This document shows positions 25,753 through 39,599 of a DNA stretch of 64,000 bases, one piece after another. The position numbers and the translations under genes were made by a program. Positions within the stretch are counted from its first letter, which is position 1. Each line of letters starts with the position of its first letter. The notes under the pieces are model-generated. The model did not search any database and had not been told where the DNA came from. It saw only the letters and a program-made list of their open reading frames with translations. Source of the DNA: Paraphysomonas bandaiensis (lineage: Eukaryota; Protista; Chrysophyceae); contig CBFFRP010000354.1 of the NCBI GenBank assembly GCA_965644295.1, positions 184,981 through 248,980 of the forward strand. The letters run 5' to 3'.

Positions 25753-26998
25753 CAGGGATAGGGAACAATATATTGCAATACTATTGTTAGATAGCGTTCC
25801 ATCAATAGTATTGATGGATTTTTTAAACCGGTCCTACAATACTATTTCAATATATTGCAATATATTGTAATCTATTAATATATGACTAATCAGTAGGTAA
25901 AAATATCCGTAGTTTCCATTTTTAGTACTTGCCATTATATGGTCCAGGGATAGGGAGCAATATATTGCAATACTATTGTTAGATAGCGTTCCATCAATAG
26001 TATTGATGGATTTTTTAAACCGGTCCTACAATACAATTACAATATATTGCAATATATTAGTATGACTAATTAGTAGGTAAACACATCCGTAGATTTCATT
26101 TTTAGTATTAGTCATTAAGATCACATGACAACCAAACCAACTGCTGCTTATAGCTACTAAAAATCCACCTCGTCCTCATCCTCTGAGCCATCATCGGTGA
26201 CATCAACATCACCATATTCACCCACAGAATTAATTGAAATATGCTAGTATCCGGCCATAAATGTCGAATAGCTTTCAGAAACAACAGCATATTAAGTAGG
26301 ATGGATACTTTTGCGCAACAATAATATAATATGTTTAGCTGTGCTGAACAGACGTTCCCATGTATTGGAAGTGCATACCAAGGCCAGGCAACCATTAATG
26401 ACTCGTGGATCTGTACGTTTCTTAATTTTTTGTGCAGACTGAAGGTTTTTAGTCGCATATAGTCAACATCAGCTTCATTATCCTTTGTGATGTTGTAATC
26501 AATTTCTCGGTTATTTATATCCATTTTGCACCCTACAGTTGAGAATCTTCTCTTATATGACTATCATAATATTGATTGCAATATATTGCAATAGTATTGT
26601 GAGCTCTTTTAACAGAAACACTATTGATGGAATATTTGACCTGTTTGCTGCGCTGAACAGGCGTTCACATGTATTGGAGGTACATACTACATGACTCGTG
26701 CACCTGTACTTAGATATTTTAACTTTTTCCGTTTCTTAAGATTTTGAGCTGATTGAAGAATTTTTTCCGCACAGCCAACTTCAGCTTCATCATCCGCTGT
26801 ATTGATATTATTTTCCGGATATTTGTATACATAGGCGTATATTTTGCACCCTATAGTTAAGAATCTTCTCTTATATGACTATCATAATATATTGATTGCA
26901 ATATATTGCAATAGTATTGTGAGCTCTTTTAACAGAAACACTACTATTGATGGAATATTTGACCAGTCCACCAATCAATATATTGTTCCCTATCCCTG
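25753..26998 (-). mobile_element. Non-autonomous hAT element with internal tandem duplications
   Basis: TIRs CAGGGATAGGGAACAATATATTG / CAATATATTGTTCCCTATCCCTG. Relic TSNTWERLFSTAK...LNMLLFLKAIRHLW matches a hAT C-terminal domain. Both subterminal blocks are duplicated. Confidence 0.85.
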
Positions 26999-27029
26999 CC
27001 CTGTAATATACTACTAGAGTATATTGTTA

Positions 27030-27400
27030 CTTGCCGTCCCAAATAATTGAATTGCAATTTAATTTAAACTATAAACTACGAACTCAACAAGTATCAACAA
27101 GTAGCTATACATTAGCTTCCAACATAGCTTGTTCAACTGTTATTTCATACCAGAGGCAACGATATATTAATTCGATCCTTTACCGTCTGGGTAAGTGGGG
27201 CTTTGTTTCCACCTAGAATTATTACAACTGCCTTTTCGAAGCAGCTTTGAGAATAATAGTGTTCACATTCTTCCTGTAATTCTATTGATACTCCTCAACA
27301 ACTTCAGCCTGATCTAGTTGAACATAATTCTTGGTCCCAGCCAGTACCTCGAACGTTTATGTCAAGTTATGACACAATTGAATGATTTACTAAAAGTTAA
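27030..27400 (-). mobile_element. hAT transposase relic
   Basis: FEKAVVII peptide similar to the one near 36685, plus AATTGCAATT subterminal-type repeats. Confidence 0.45.
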
Positions 27401-28339
27401 CTGCTGAACATGTATTCACTCAGTAAGCTTACAATAAAATTATAATCAATATCTCTTCTCATTCACTGTTATTAACTTCATAGTTACTTATTGTGCATAG
27501 TTATACCCTTTTCCGACCATCACCAAAAATTTCACCAGGTTTTACATCAAAACCCAGGTTTTGGTATTACCTCGACTTTTCATCAATATCATGTTATATC
27601 TACGACCAACCATTTTTTTTCTCAACTTTTTTTAGCGGTCCGGACGCGGCGGAAAAAACCTGGAGGTTTTTTGCAAACCACGGACGCCCCTATTTCTCGT
27701 ACGATCTTACATCGTCACTATCTTGTATGATGATCAATATATTATATTCAGTTTTATTATTACAGTAGCTATCATGTTGTTAGTTCTCATAATATACTGG
27801 TTATCACTACTGTATTCTTCGACTAACGGTCATAATTTCAACAGCAAAACTCAACAGTTTACTTTTCCCAATAATACTCTTGTTGGCGTAAATATTTCAC
27901 AGAATCGTTTCAGAATATCTGTCAGAATATTATCATTAAGATAAGCGCAACAACATGATGCCATATATTAATATAATGTTATCATCGGCATGATATATAT
28001 ATAACATATTATGTTGTATTCAGCATATTACACGATGTATGCCTTTAGTACATTATGGTTGCACCAACAAGGTGCTTGTAGCAATGCACAAGCAGTCCCG
28101 AAACAACTGAGTATTTCGTAATCCGTGTTACTACAAGTATAGAGTAGTAGATAGCTAAATGCAATAAGTTCTCTCATGTAATAATCAGATCTTTATATGT
28201 CTTTAGTACATTAATAGACAAGGTACTAAAACACAGAGGGCTCAAATTACAAAGATTTAATAATTCCGTATGTGTATAGTCTTCTACCATCATTATATAG
28301 TGGTGAGCTCCGATGACCATAACAGAGTACATTATATAT

Positions 28340-28797
28340 TATAGATTAGCGATAGGCGTTTAAGAGTGAAAACAAATTGAGCATTGCAATTTAACACAAA
28401 TAACTAGTGCTTAACTCTGATATCCTAATCTTTGGTGATACGATAGCTGCTTGTGGGTCACCGCAAGCACCACCACACAGGTGCAACTACTTTCGCTCCC
28501 TGTCCTTAAGGTGAACAGCCCGGATGCTTGACGTCAGCAGGCAGCCCAACAATATCCCGGATGCTCTTGAGGTGGGCCGGATGCCTATTTATTCGTCAAG
28601 GCCCAAAGACGTCTACATAAGTGACACTTATTAGTGTCCTTAGTACCACACAAGCATTTGACTATGAGCGGTGAGTGGGCAGAAAAATATCCACTGACTA
28701 TATATATGCGGCCCATATTAGTTTCCCGGAGAAATATCTCCGGTACTTATCCCCCAGTACACCACGAAAAGGTGCGAGTCCGACTTTGTTGTGGGGG
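28340..28797 (-). mobile_element. Near full-length R1 copy
   Basis: Colinear with 8900-9322 and with the reverse complement of 13198-13650. Confidence 0.85.
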
Positions 28798-29791
28798 TCG
28801 ATACAAACAACATTCCGACAGTTTTATTGAAAATCCGGTGGTAGATAAATAATTATGTAAACATCTCCTTCCATTTTAGCATAGCAGAATGCGTTTGATA
28901 CACATCCAACAGATAAATGTGGTACATCATAATATATAAACACACACAGCTGTGTATATATATATATATACTGAAATGCTAACGCAATACTTTGTCTCAA
29001 GCAGTCATATAATATATATACTTAACAAGTGGAGCAAACGTGTTTTCGTTACATCAATACCACAGTACATGAATTCTAATCCGTCTTCGCGATCGCAGAC
29101 TCAAGCTCCTCGTATTTGTCTCATCGAACAAAAAATGTACAGCAATCCCATCTAGTCGGAGGTCATTGGGGTGATAGGTAGCTTCCATTCAAAAATTCAA
29201 CCCAATCCTTGATCCTTGATATCCTCTAGTACACCTCACTGGCTGTTCAGGTCCTGAGTGAACATATCTAGAGCTCCTTATATAGTAGCTAGTAGCTATA
29301 TATCTGAAATAGTCAACGTATATATAATATATACAGCAAATCCTCCTTCTGAAGAAATCTCTCTGCTTGCATAGCCTCCTCTGTACGCACTCTATACTAC
29401 TTAGCCCGTGCACAACGCACTTCTACATGAATACTGCGTATACTTGACTAATACAGGTAATACTGCACTGTGGTCATTGTTTAGAGTTTTGAATTTCGTT
29501 GTAACTACCTTTAAGTGGAAATATCTTTTTGCTACCATTACATTTTTAACGCTTAGTCCCCACATAAGGTCAATCTTGTCGCAGTAATGCGGTGTAAATT
29601 ATTACCACATATCAACAAACCAATGGTATAACACGTAATTGCAGAATTTCACACTTACAAATCTCATGCCCTTAGAATTCTAACAAAGACTGCCACTAGC
29701 TGAAGTGGCCATCTTGTGAATTTGGTGTGCAAGACTCGATATAAAAGGATTCCAACGAAGAAGTTCTCTGCACAGTAAACAGCAACATTTA

Positions 29792-31001
29792 TTACATGCC
29801 ACTTAAATGACAGAAAATAGTTACCGGGTCGGATTGTTGGTGAACAGGATTAATTTCTTCTTGAGTATTTTCTGACTCTGAGTTGCTGGACTCACTCCTT
29901 TGTCGTCGACGTCCAGCCACCATATCACTCGTATCTCTTCCATTACCGGTTACTCTGTCAGTATCTCTCTCTGTCCATACACTTCCCCGTTGGACCAACT
30001 GTTCTTTAACACGCATTATATATAACAGAGTTGATGCCTAATGTAAAACATATAAAAGGTTGTATATTCGTAGTTATGAGGGCGTCTTACTGGGAATAAC
30101 GTTGGAATCCAATTGGAGATTAGAAACCAACCAAGCAAGTATATCTTTCTATCTGTAATGTTGTTGCCCAAAATAATATCCGAACAAAGTAAACCAAGTG
30201 CCAGTATTCTGAGAAAGAAGCACACATTACAGACCAAGAGAACTGCATTGATACGAAGCAGAATATCGATTTTTCTGTTTCGTCCTGGCGAAGCTTTGAT
30301 AGACGTTCTACCCAGTTTCTGCTGCAGGCGAATACCATACCATAACATACCACAGGCTAACAACATAAGACTTATGCTATGAACAAGTATAAGTAGCAAA
30401 TTGATATAGCTGAATTTATCCTGAAAGTTACTATAACTTCCACTCGCAACTGCATCAACACAACATTAGAAAACGCAACCTTTATAACGCATTTACTTAC
30501 ACAAACAGGCAATTGTAATAATCGTGATGAGTAGGTTTGTGTATACAATAACAAGACCAGCACGCCTAGGATATTCAAATCTATTTCCGAATGCCATTGT
30601 GTTTCCCCACAGATATATGACCTACATGATATATTCGTGAGTCATTGAAGACCGGCCAAATATGAAGACCGTTAAAAAGGCGTAAACATAGCAGAATAAG
30701 GCAACCAAATGAGATGAGTACCCCCATAGCGCGTAACTAAATTATGTCACTTATAACAATACTTTAAATATTAAAGCGGAGAATACCCGTTGTGTAACAT
30801 CAGGCTACCACAATATAAGGTCTCGAATAACGCATACAAAGTCATGCAAAAGTGAAACATCATTTTCATATGATGTGGATCATATAATAATAACCATGCT
30901 TTCCATGTTTGGACAGTGGAAACAATAAAAAATACAAGGTAAAGAATCCCTCCAAAGAAACCGCAGGTGAAGAAACTCTCCGGTGCGATAACAAAAGTCA
31001 T
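29792..31001 (-). CDS. 7-TM protein, THH1/TOM1/GPR137-like, 5 exons
   Basis: The spliced frame is intact with about seven hydrophobic helices (KMMFHFCMTLYA, VIYLWGN, LWYGIRLQQKL, VCNVCFFLR, WIPTLFP) and a polar tail. Confidence 0.65.
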
Positions 31002-31735
31002 GGGGCTAGAATAGTGAATCCTTCCCCTTGATGACTAGGCAACACGCTTTATTATAGGTCAGTGATTATAGAGTGATGACTCATATCCATGAAATGAAAC
31101 CAATGACAAATATCGCAACGTTTAAATAATTGTATTACTTTACCATCCAGACAAGTACAACAGTGCAGGATATATATGGTATACTTCTTGCTGTGTACAA
31201 AAACCCAACCTACCAACACTGGACCATGATTTTCGAACTCCCTATGAATGTGCCGGAAAAGTCTAAATATCCCTGATTTTGATGAAGGAAACATGAAAAG
31301 CCCGAATACTACCGAATACCGTGGTATTACGACTTCATAGTGTCTGGTATTTGCAGCTTGCAGGCTGCACAGAGTATGTCATCATGATTGCCACACAGCT
31401 TGAAGCGAGGGAGGAGTGGGAATTCCATGTGAATCCGCTTTGGACACCACAGCAAAGCAACACTTCCTACCCTTTTAATAGCTATTATAGTATCCATTAA
31501 AAGGGTGTCGGGCCGTCACCCTTAATGTTTTCCAAGTTCTAATTCTAATATATCCTTTTACTAAATATAAATAATTGCCAATTATTTGCTTTAATTGCAA
31601 CCTTCCAGCGAGCAATTAAATTGAAAGTATTACGTATATTGCATGCAATTCAATTGCAATTATAATTAATTGCAATTCAATTGTTAATTGTTACGCAGCC
31701 CTGAATGAAAATAATAGGAACGACTAGGTTTAATA

Positions 31736-32378
31736 GCGAGGTATTGTAATTCGTACATAAGTGCGATGATGAATGTGAACAGTTGTAGTCGCACGAAAGG
31801 CTTCTCATTGCCTTAATTTTATCATCATCAACCGATTTATATACAATATGATTAACGCTTAACCTCTGTTAGTGCACCTGATTGGATGATATGTATATGA
31901 TATGAGGCACATAATGTCCTGATAAGTACAATGTCACCCAAATCCTAATAGGACTCTGTGCCACTGCTCACTGCTCCTCACCACATATACAGCATCAGAT
32001 ATAACACTTAAACTCTCATGTAATATTCTTGAAGTTGTTTCAAAGTCCTGGTTATGAAGGTATATCGCTTGCACTGACATCATTTGTGATTTTCTACAGC
32101 ACACGAAGGATGGAGTATAACTTCTTGGAGAGTTTGATGAGTGTTTGATAGTTGACTCATAATTGTGTTTTTTCTCTAATTGTGTAATATAATGAAATCA
32201 CTTACATATGACTGTGAGTCTGTGAGTAGTGAGTATCATAATTAAGATAGAAGTGAGTTTCTGTTGAACCGAATATTGAAGTTGAATATCTATATTTACC
32301 CGGTGCTGATAGCTATGAGCGCTCTGTTGAGCCCAAATCAGGTCAAAAAATGATTTTGAGACAAAATGGGGATAATTG
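31736..32378 (-). repeat. Dispersed repeat R2, copy 1
   Basis: Reverse complement of 34896-35497; also similar to 41606-42210. Confidence 0.9.
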
Positions 32379-32440
32379 ATGTCCTACACATGAGAAATGT
32401 GAACATGTTGAAAAAGTATGAATACATGTCAGAGAGCACA

Positions 32441-33155
32441 CTAATTCATGATTCTAGAATTATTACTACAGACTACTAAATTCAACCCTCTGCTATAGCT
32501 GCCAACACTTTCGCCAACACCAATCGACATGTAATAACTACGTATCAGATGTTCACAATCCTTCTCCAAAATTCCACCAACAACATCAGTACTACCGCCT
32601 TCTAAATTACCAGCATGACTACTTAGCAATGTTGCCCTTCCACAGACACTATCGCTTACACCATAAACTACTCGTGATATACGCGCATCCAATATATAGT
32701 TAACACAACGAGCGCATGGCTCAAGAGTTGTGTACAAAGTACAGTTTTTCAAGCAGTTGGACCCCAGGGCACGACGAGCTCTCCTGAGGCACTGAATCTC
32801 AGCTTGCATTTCCTCATCTTGCAATGCATTGACCTTATTTCTATTCGCAGCCAATACGCGACCGTCAGAGCCCACAACAACAACACCTACCTAAATGTAT
32901 GATATATATAAGTCATAACATAGTACACGGAGCGCAAAGAATACCGGTATTTCTTTCTCTCGATATCCAGCCTTTACAAATATATTAAAATCGAAATTAT
33001 AACTTTTCGAATACCTGAGCCTGCCGTAGTGCAAGTTTCATGTAGATCGTATCCAGCTTCGATACAGCGCTATTTACTTCTCGAATAATATTTCTGGAAT
33101 AACTCCATCTGAATGGGAGAAATCCTTTAAACTTGCTGCTACTTAAAATATACAT
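32441..33155 (-). CDS. tRNA adenosine deaminase (TadA/ADAT2-like), 3 exons, HAE>QAE
   Basis: YMKLALRQAQ|AGYREKEIP|VGVVVV...MQAEIQCL...TLYTTLEPCARC...ARISRVVYG. Confidence 0.8.
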
Positions 33156-34231
33156 GACTGAGGTTTAAAAGCTCAACATCAAGTAGACCGGTATATATTA
33201 AGTCGTTTGTTATGTTGGTCAAGAATAACAACGAATATCACTATGCCACAATGTGCACATGGACAGCAGCACCAGATGTACTCTGTACGCAGAGTCGTGT
33301 ACATGATGCTGTACTGTACTGTACTGTATGTTCTGCACACTCGCGATATAACGCGTTTTGTTTACTACGACGTACAGTATACTACAAAAAACTGGTTTTG
33401 TAAGTGCAAATCGATGTTTTCATCGTTTTTTTAGTTGAAAAGTCACTTTTCACTTCAAAAATAAGGACTTTGCAATGAAAAAAACGATGACCAAATCAAT
33501 GAACTTTTATCAATGATGATAATCAACCCGGTTACGGGTTACATGCGATATATATCCATGACATTAATTACAACACCACAACTACGACGTACACTATGCA
33601 CAACATACACCAATACGATCAGGGACATACACACACTATCTTTAGAATGGAGTATGTCAACATTATATACAGCCATTGTTGCAATGACACCCTTTGTCTC
33701 GAGTAATGCTCTTCTCAGTCCTCATGATGGGTATCGATTGCTATATGCAGAGCAGTGGGATACATTAACCACTACTTTTGTCCAAAGAGAGGAAGGGTGC
33801 ATACAGAGCATATGAGGTCGCATTTTCCCCAGAAATTTGGAACGTGCCCAAATAATATGCCATAGCGATGGATTTTCCATTTATGTGCCACATCTACTAA
33901 TTTGATTAGATTTAGGTGCACTGCTGCAGTCCGTAGAAATTTGTGGATATGCTGCCTTGTATCATCTAGTAGGGTATCAGTTTTAAGTGCTAGCCAATTA
34001 AATTGCAATGCTGAATTAGTTCTGACTCCTAGTCGACTATTGCTAATAATCAGACATCCACTACAAAGTTACAACTCTTTCTTGAAATTACATTGTATGC
34101 AACAAATCAAGTTAAAGGCTTAGTGTAGAGCGAGCAAAGGTAACTTCAGTGAAATGTCCAATTCTAAAATTGTAGTGACTATAATTCAAAACCATAGAAA
34201 TGCTGCTTTCTTATTAGCTTATCCCCATTAG

Positions 34232-34555
34232 GGTCCAACTGCTCGAAAAACTGCACTTTGTACACAACTCTTGAGCCATGCGCTCGTTGTGTTAAATATA
34301 TATTGGATGCGCGTATATCACGAGTAGTTTAGAAGGCGGTAGTACTGATGTTGTTGGTGGAATTTTGGAGAAGGATTGTGAACATCTGATACGTAGTTAT
34401 TACATGTCGATTGGTGTTGGCGAAAGTGTTGGCAGCTATAGCAGAAGGTTGAGCTTAGTAGTCTGTAGTAATAATTCTAGAATCATGAAGTAGTGTGCTC
34501 TCTGACGTGTATTCATACTTTTTCAACATGTTCACATTTCTCATGTGTAGGACAT
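34232..34555 (+). pseudogene. Inverted partial duplicate of the TadA last exon and 3' UTR, with an internal deletion
   Basis: Near-identical reverse complement of ~32380-32765. Confidence 0.9.
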
Positions 34556-34895
34556 TACGCGAGCGACGTTTCCTGCTTTATATGGCGGTCATGTACTATG
34601 AAGATTCTGTGTTACCATACAGTATATTTAAACAGTCACTTATATACTAAAAATCAAAATTAGCGTTGTTGAGTTCTTGTGTATAATATATATTATATAT
34701 TGTGCAATTAAAGTGAGTTAATTGTGTGCAACAGGTGAAATCAACCCATGGGTGAATATAGTTACAAGAGAATTAAATTTAGTTACTGATGTGTATGACT
34801 ATAAAGATGTAGGATTGGCTGGACAACTTATGATACATAGATGTTATTGAGAACAGATGTTGCAGGAATAAGTTGTGAAAGTTTAGTTTAGTTAA

Positions 34896-36150
34896 CAATT
34901 ATCCCCATTTTGTCTCAAAAACATTTTTTTGACCTGATTTGGGCTTAACAGAGCGCTCATAGCTATCAGCACCGGGTAAATATAGATATTCAACTTCAAT
35001 ATTCGGTTCAACAGAAACTCGCTTCTATCTTAATTATGATACTCACTACTCACAGACTCACAGTCATATGTAAGTGATTTCATTATATTACACAATTAGA
35101 GAAAAACCACAATTATGAGTCAACTATCAAACACTCATCAAACTCTCCAAGAAGTTATACTCCATCCTTCATGTGCTGTAGAAAATCACAAATGATGTCA
35201 GTGCAAGCGATATACCTTCATAACCAGGACTTTGAAACAACTGCAAGAATATTACATGAGAGTTTAAGTGTTATATCTGATGCTGTATATGTGGTGAGAA
35301 GCAGTGAGCAGTGGCACAGAGTCCTATTAGGATTTGGGCGACATTGTACTTATCAGGACATTATTTATCAGGTTAAGCATACAGTATTGTATATAAATCG
35401 GTTGATGATGATAAAATTAAGGCAATGAGAAGCCTTTCGTGCGACTACAACTGTTCACATTCATCATCGCACTTGTGTACGAATTACAATGCCTCGCAGT
35501 TGCTATATTCCTTCAGTACTCTTCTGTGGTAAGAGTACATTTGTTGTAGCTATTATATATAAGACTTTGTTTTTTGTTTGAGTTGGTCTATAATGCAATT
35601 GCTATTCCCTACTCTATAAGCATACACAGAGATACACAGTATGATTTGAAAAAATATGACTTCTTACTGTTATTCAGGGAACACGTATACAATGAGAAAT
35701 ATCAAATATACAATAAATATGATACGCAACTGTACAAGATACGCACATGTGTGTGGTGCTAACGCTCTGTTCAAACGTGTCTTGCTATAGTACTATTAGG
35801 CTTTATCCTTCATGTTGTGAAGTTTATATATACGTTCAATCTTTATCTCTAATAAATAATACAAAGTGTATCTTTACTAAATACCAAGACTTATTTTTAT
35901 TTGTTTTCTTCATGTTAATGAGGGAACACCTATTTCTTCCTACAGCAAGCAAGCTACTAATAATAGCTAGACAATCTAAAATATTAAGTGTACAACATTA
36001 TGGGAATAAGCTACAATTTAAAGTAAGGATTGATAAGGAGTATTATTGTCTCATGTCTAAAGTTTTCGCCTTTGTTTCAAATTTTTGAGCTCGGGACGAT
36101 ATATTCTCCTTGTTGCCCGTGTGGTTAAAAATATTATTATATAACTATTT
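34896..36150 (+). repeat. Dispersed repeat R2, copy 2
   Basis: Starts TTATCCCCATT; colinear with 41606-42555. Confidence 0.85.
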
Positions 36151-36224
36151 GCTAATAAACAAGCTTAAACAAAGTTTTTGGTATCAGCATGTGTATGTTG
36201 TAGTACTACTTGGTGCCTATATAA

Positions 36225-37252
36225 TAGAGCGGGTTGAAGTCAAATGTAATTGCAATTCTTACTCTCAATTTCAATTATTGCAATTAATTACAATTATTTA
36301 GTACTGAAGTACATTAGCTGCCAATATAGCTACCTCAACTGTCATTTCATTCCAGAGGCGACGGTTCATGCGTAAAAGCATGAGTAGCTCTAAATGTCGA
36401 GGAGTTATACTCTTGCGCAACCGTCATCACAATCTTAGCTCGACTGAACAACCTTTCAATCTTATTGGTTGTGGCATGCAAGTGCTTCATGCTGCGGTAA
36501 CGAGTTTGATGGTTATGTCTTGCTTGCTTCCGCTGCCTGCTACCATCAATCAAACGTTGCGCTGCGTCGTCATTCTGAACTAGGCTCTCACAGTCATCAT
36601 CTTCTTTATCCTCATTAAGAAAAATATTTTAATTTGATCCTTTTTCCTCGAGTTAGAGTGGCTTCATTGCCACATTGAATCTTCACGACTGCCTTTTCGA
36701 AAGAAGCGTCATGAATAATAGCAGTATGACGCTCAACAATAGTAGGTGCCTTATGATGAGTTCGTCAAACACTATGCGAACGTCGTGGAGGTCAAGCTGG
36801 TGTTCACCTTCCATCTGTAATTATATGGACACTAGTTGAAAGAATTCCAATTTCACCCCGTAATTGCACGCGATTGGCATGCTCGATTTCACTTGGTATT
36901 GGACTTAACACGTCGGAACCAAACTCGCATTATTGCCAATATGATTAGATAGAAGCAAGTAGTGGTAAATCAAATGTAGAGCCCCAATGACTTCTGGTAC
37001 CAGTTTATCGCTAATTAAGTAAATAAATTATTATGTGAGATAATCATAATATGGCTATTATAATCTTCGATTTTTATTGGAAAAATATTATAAAAAAGTA
37101 GTTTTAAACAACTTTTCAGTATAGAAAGGTGGTATTATTGATCAATCAATTGAAGCAAGCTGGAGTTAATTATAATTGAAATAATGATTAGATGTCCCAA
37201 TTTCAATTATTGCAATTTTAAAAATTGATAATTAATTGATATGCAGTCCTAG
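36225..37252 (-). mobile_element. Degenerate hAT element
   Basis: Relics IHDASFEKAVVKIQ and ATTNKIERLFSRAKIVMT...LELLMLLRMNRRLW; AATTG-rich subterminal regions. Confidence 0.7.
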
Positions 37253-37650
37253 CATACAGTCACTATAATAGATAAAATCTTCACGTTTAAGAAAACGAAT
37301 TTCCTATTTTCGAGTTAAGCTTGAATGTTTGGTTTGTATAATGCTCGATTATTCGTATATGTACTACACGCATTGTTGACTGACGATTATATCCCTGCTA
37401 ACCATTTGTACCTGTCATTTTTACTATCGTTATGATATCATTCATTTCAACAGTCCATTCACTAGCATGGTTACTCATTGGTGAAGTCGTAACACCATTA
37501 CATTTACCACGCGATAACTTAGATCGACACAACTTAACAACCATCACTATAACAAAGTACATAGCTATACGTCGTTGTTGCAGAATTCAAGTATACAGCC
37601 CAGCAATGCACCTTTCACGATAAACATGTTACGAGATCAGTGAATGATGT

Positions 37651-39388
37651 TTAAAACATGTCAAACGGGTTGGCAGAAGCAGCAGAACTAGACTCTTGTG
37701 TCGGTTTATGAGGTGCTGCATTGGCATCATTCGACTTCGTCTTGGCACTACCTCCGCTGCCGACACCACCCCATCCCATCGATGCAAAGGGATCAGCCTC
37801 TTCTACAGGTTTCTGCTGTGCCGGAGGCTGTTGCTGCTGTTGTCCGTACCCGCCGTATCCTCCGAGTGCTTGGCCGCTTCCGGGTGGCTGTTGCACATAT
37901 CCGCTATAGCCACCGTCCTGCTGTTGACCGTATCCACCATACCCACCCTGTTGTTGGCCATAACCTGGCTGCGCCTGACCGTATCCACCATAGCCACCTG
38001 CATGCTGGCCATATCCACCATATCCACCGTATCCACTCTGCTGCTGCCCGTAACCACCCTGTTGGTGTCCATACGCACCATATCCCCCAACAGATTGGCC
38101 ATAGCCTGTCTGCTGTCCATATCCGCTCTGTTGCTGACCGTACCCACCGTAGCCACCAGACTGATGTGGTTGTTGCTGCTGAGGCTGTTGTTGTTGACCA
38201 TATCCTCCACCTCCAAAAGGATTAGACGACTCCGCTGCGTTATCTCCGTATCCTGAACCACCAAATGCTGCAGGCGGAGCAGGAGGAGTAGCCACCGGAA
38301 TATCGTCGAAAGCATCGAATGCACTCATATTAGATGCAGGTTTGGGGTTGGTAGGTGGGCTGGCTGGAGCACTACTATTCAGATTGAGGTTAGCCATACC
38401 TGGCACGGGCTGTGAGGAAAAACCATTTCCATTATCCGAAGGAGGTAAAGGAGCAGCGCCAAAAGGATCAGAATCACCGAAGGTTCCTAATCCGCCGCCA
38501 GAAGGTTGAGAGACGGGACTCTTTGAGGACGCTGCAGGAGAAGAGCTGAATGCATTAAACCCGGATGAAGTCGCGACAGGAGCAGAGTTGAATGCGTCGA
38601 ATTGAGATGAGGCTGAGGCAGTGGGGGCAGAAGAGAATTCGGAGCTCCCAAAGGCATCAAATCCTCCGGAAGAAGTGGGAGCCGAGGAGCCAAATGCATC
38701 GAATTGAGAAGCCGAAGGGACTTGGGATTGTGGAGCGGGGGTCGTTTCGCTCATCAGATCTAGTAGATCGGAAGCAGCAGACGGAGCGGTGCTATGCTGA
38801 TGCTGTACCGGAAGAGAGGGTTGAGCATGGACCTGCTCAGGTGCAGTGCTCGTAGAAGGCCGGCGTTCTACACTGGACCGCCTTCTCTCCTGCACGACCT
38901 CTTCAACCGGAGGAACATCAGCATCCTCGCTATACCACCGCTTATCCAAATACTTCATACGGATAAACTCTCGTAGTTTATTTATATCTGAACCGTTAGG
39001 AATTGGGTATTCCCGCGGACTGTGGCGGGCCATGTACTTTGCATTATGGCGAGCATTACCTCCTTCCTGCATGGACTTGACATCATCAGCTGTGAACACC
39101 GTCATGGATATGCCCTTGACTTTAAACTGTAATTCTCGACTAAATAACAGTTACATAATACATATATATTAATATTTCTACTCACTGTATGCCAGAGCAT
39201 TTAGTGCAAACAAAAGTGTGATGCGTAAAGTTAATGTAGGAAGGCATCTGAAAAGCACTATTAGATTTGTATCTCGCCTGAATCTGAAGCACTACCTTTT
39301 CTGGACAATCCACGCAAGTTTTATTGCTATCCACTCTTGCAATTTTGCGAATGTCAGCCAACATTTTTTCCTCCTGTGTTAAATCCAT
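37651..39388 (-). CDS. ArfGAP-domain protein (AGFG/AGD14-like) with FDAF/NPF/DPF motifs and a G/Y/Q-rich tail, 3 exons
   Basis: NKTCVDC...FVCTKCSGIH|REL..VKGISMTVF...GGN...REFIRMKYLDKRW. Confidence 0.92.
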
Positions 39389-39599
39389 GAGATGTACAGA
39401 ATTCAGTGATAGATTTAGATACATGTTTCGAAGATTTCTTGGACATGATTACAGCAACTGAACAACAACAAGTACAAACTATTCAGCTGTTCCAAAAAGG
39501 TCAAATAGATTTTGCAGTTTTCACTCCCTGCAACCGGAAGAAATATACTATATTGTTTGTTTGGAGTTCACCGACGACAGACGACAGGGATGATTAATG

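Noticed and set aside
29060-29420. Gene on the minus strand
   Set aside because: Coding-like fragments but multiple stops in every frame and no recognisable family.
37696-38855. Long overlapping ORFs on other frames of the ArfGAP gene
   Set aside because: Shadow ORFs of low-complexity coding sequence.
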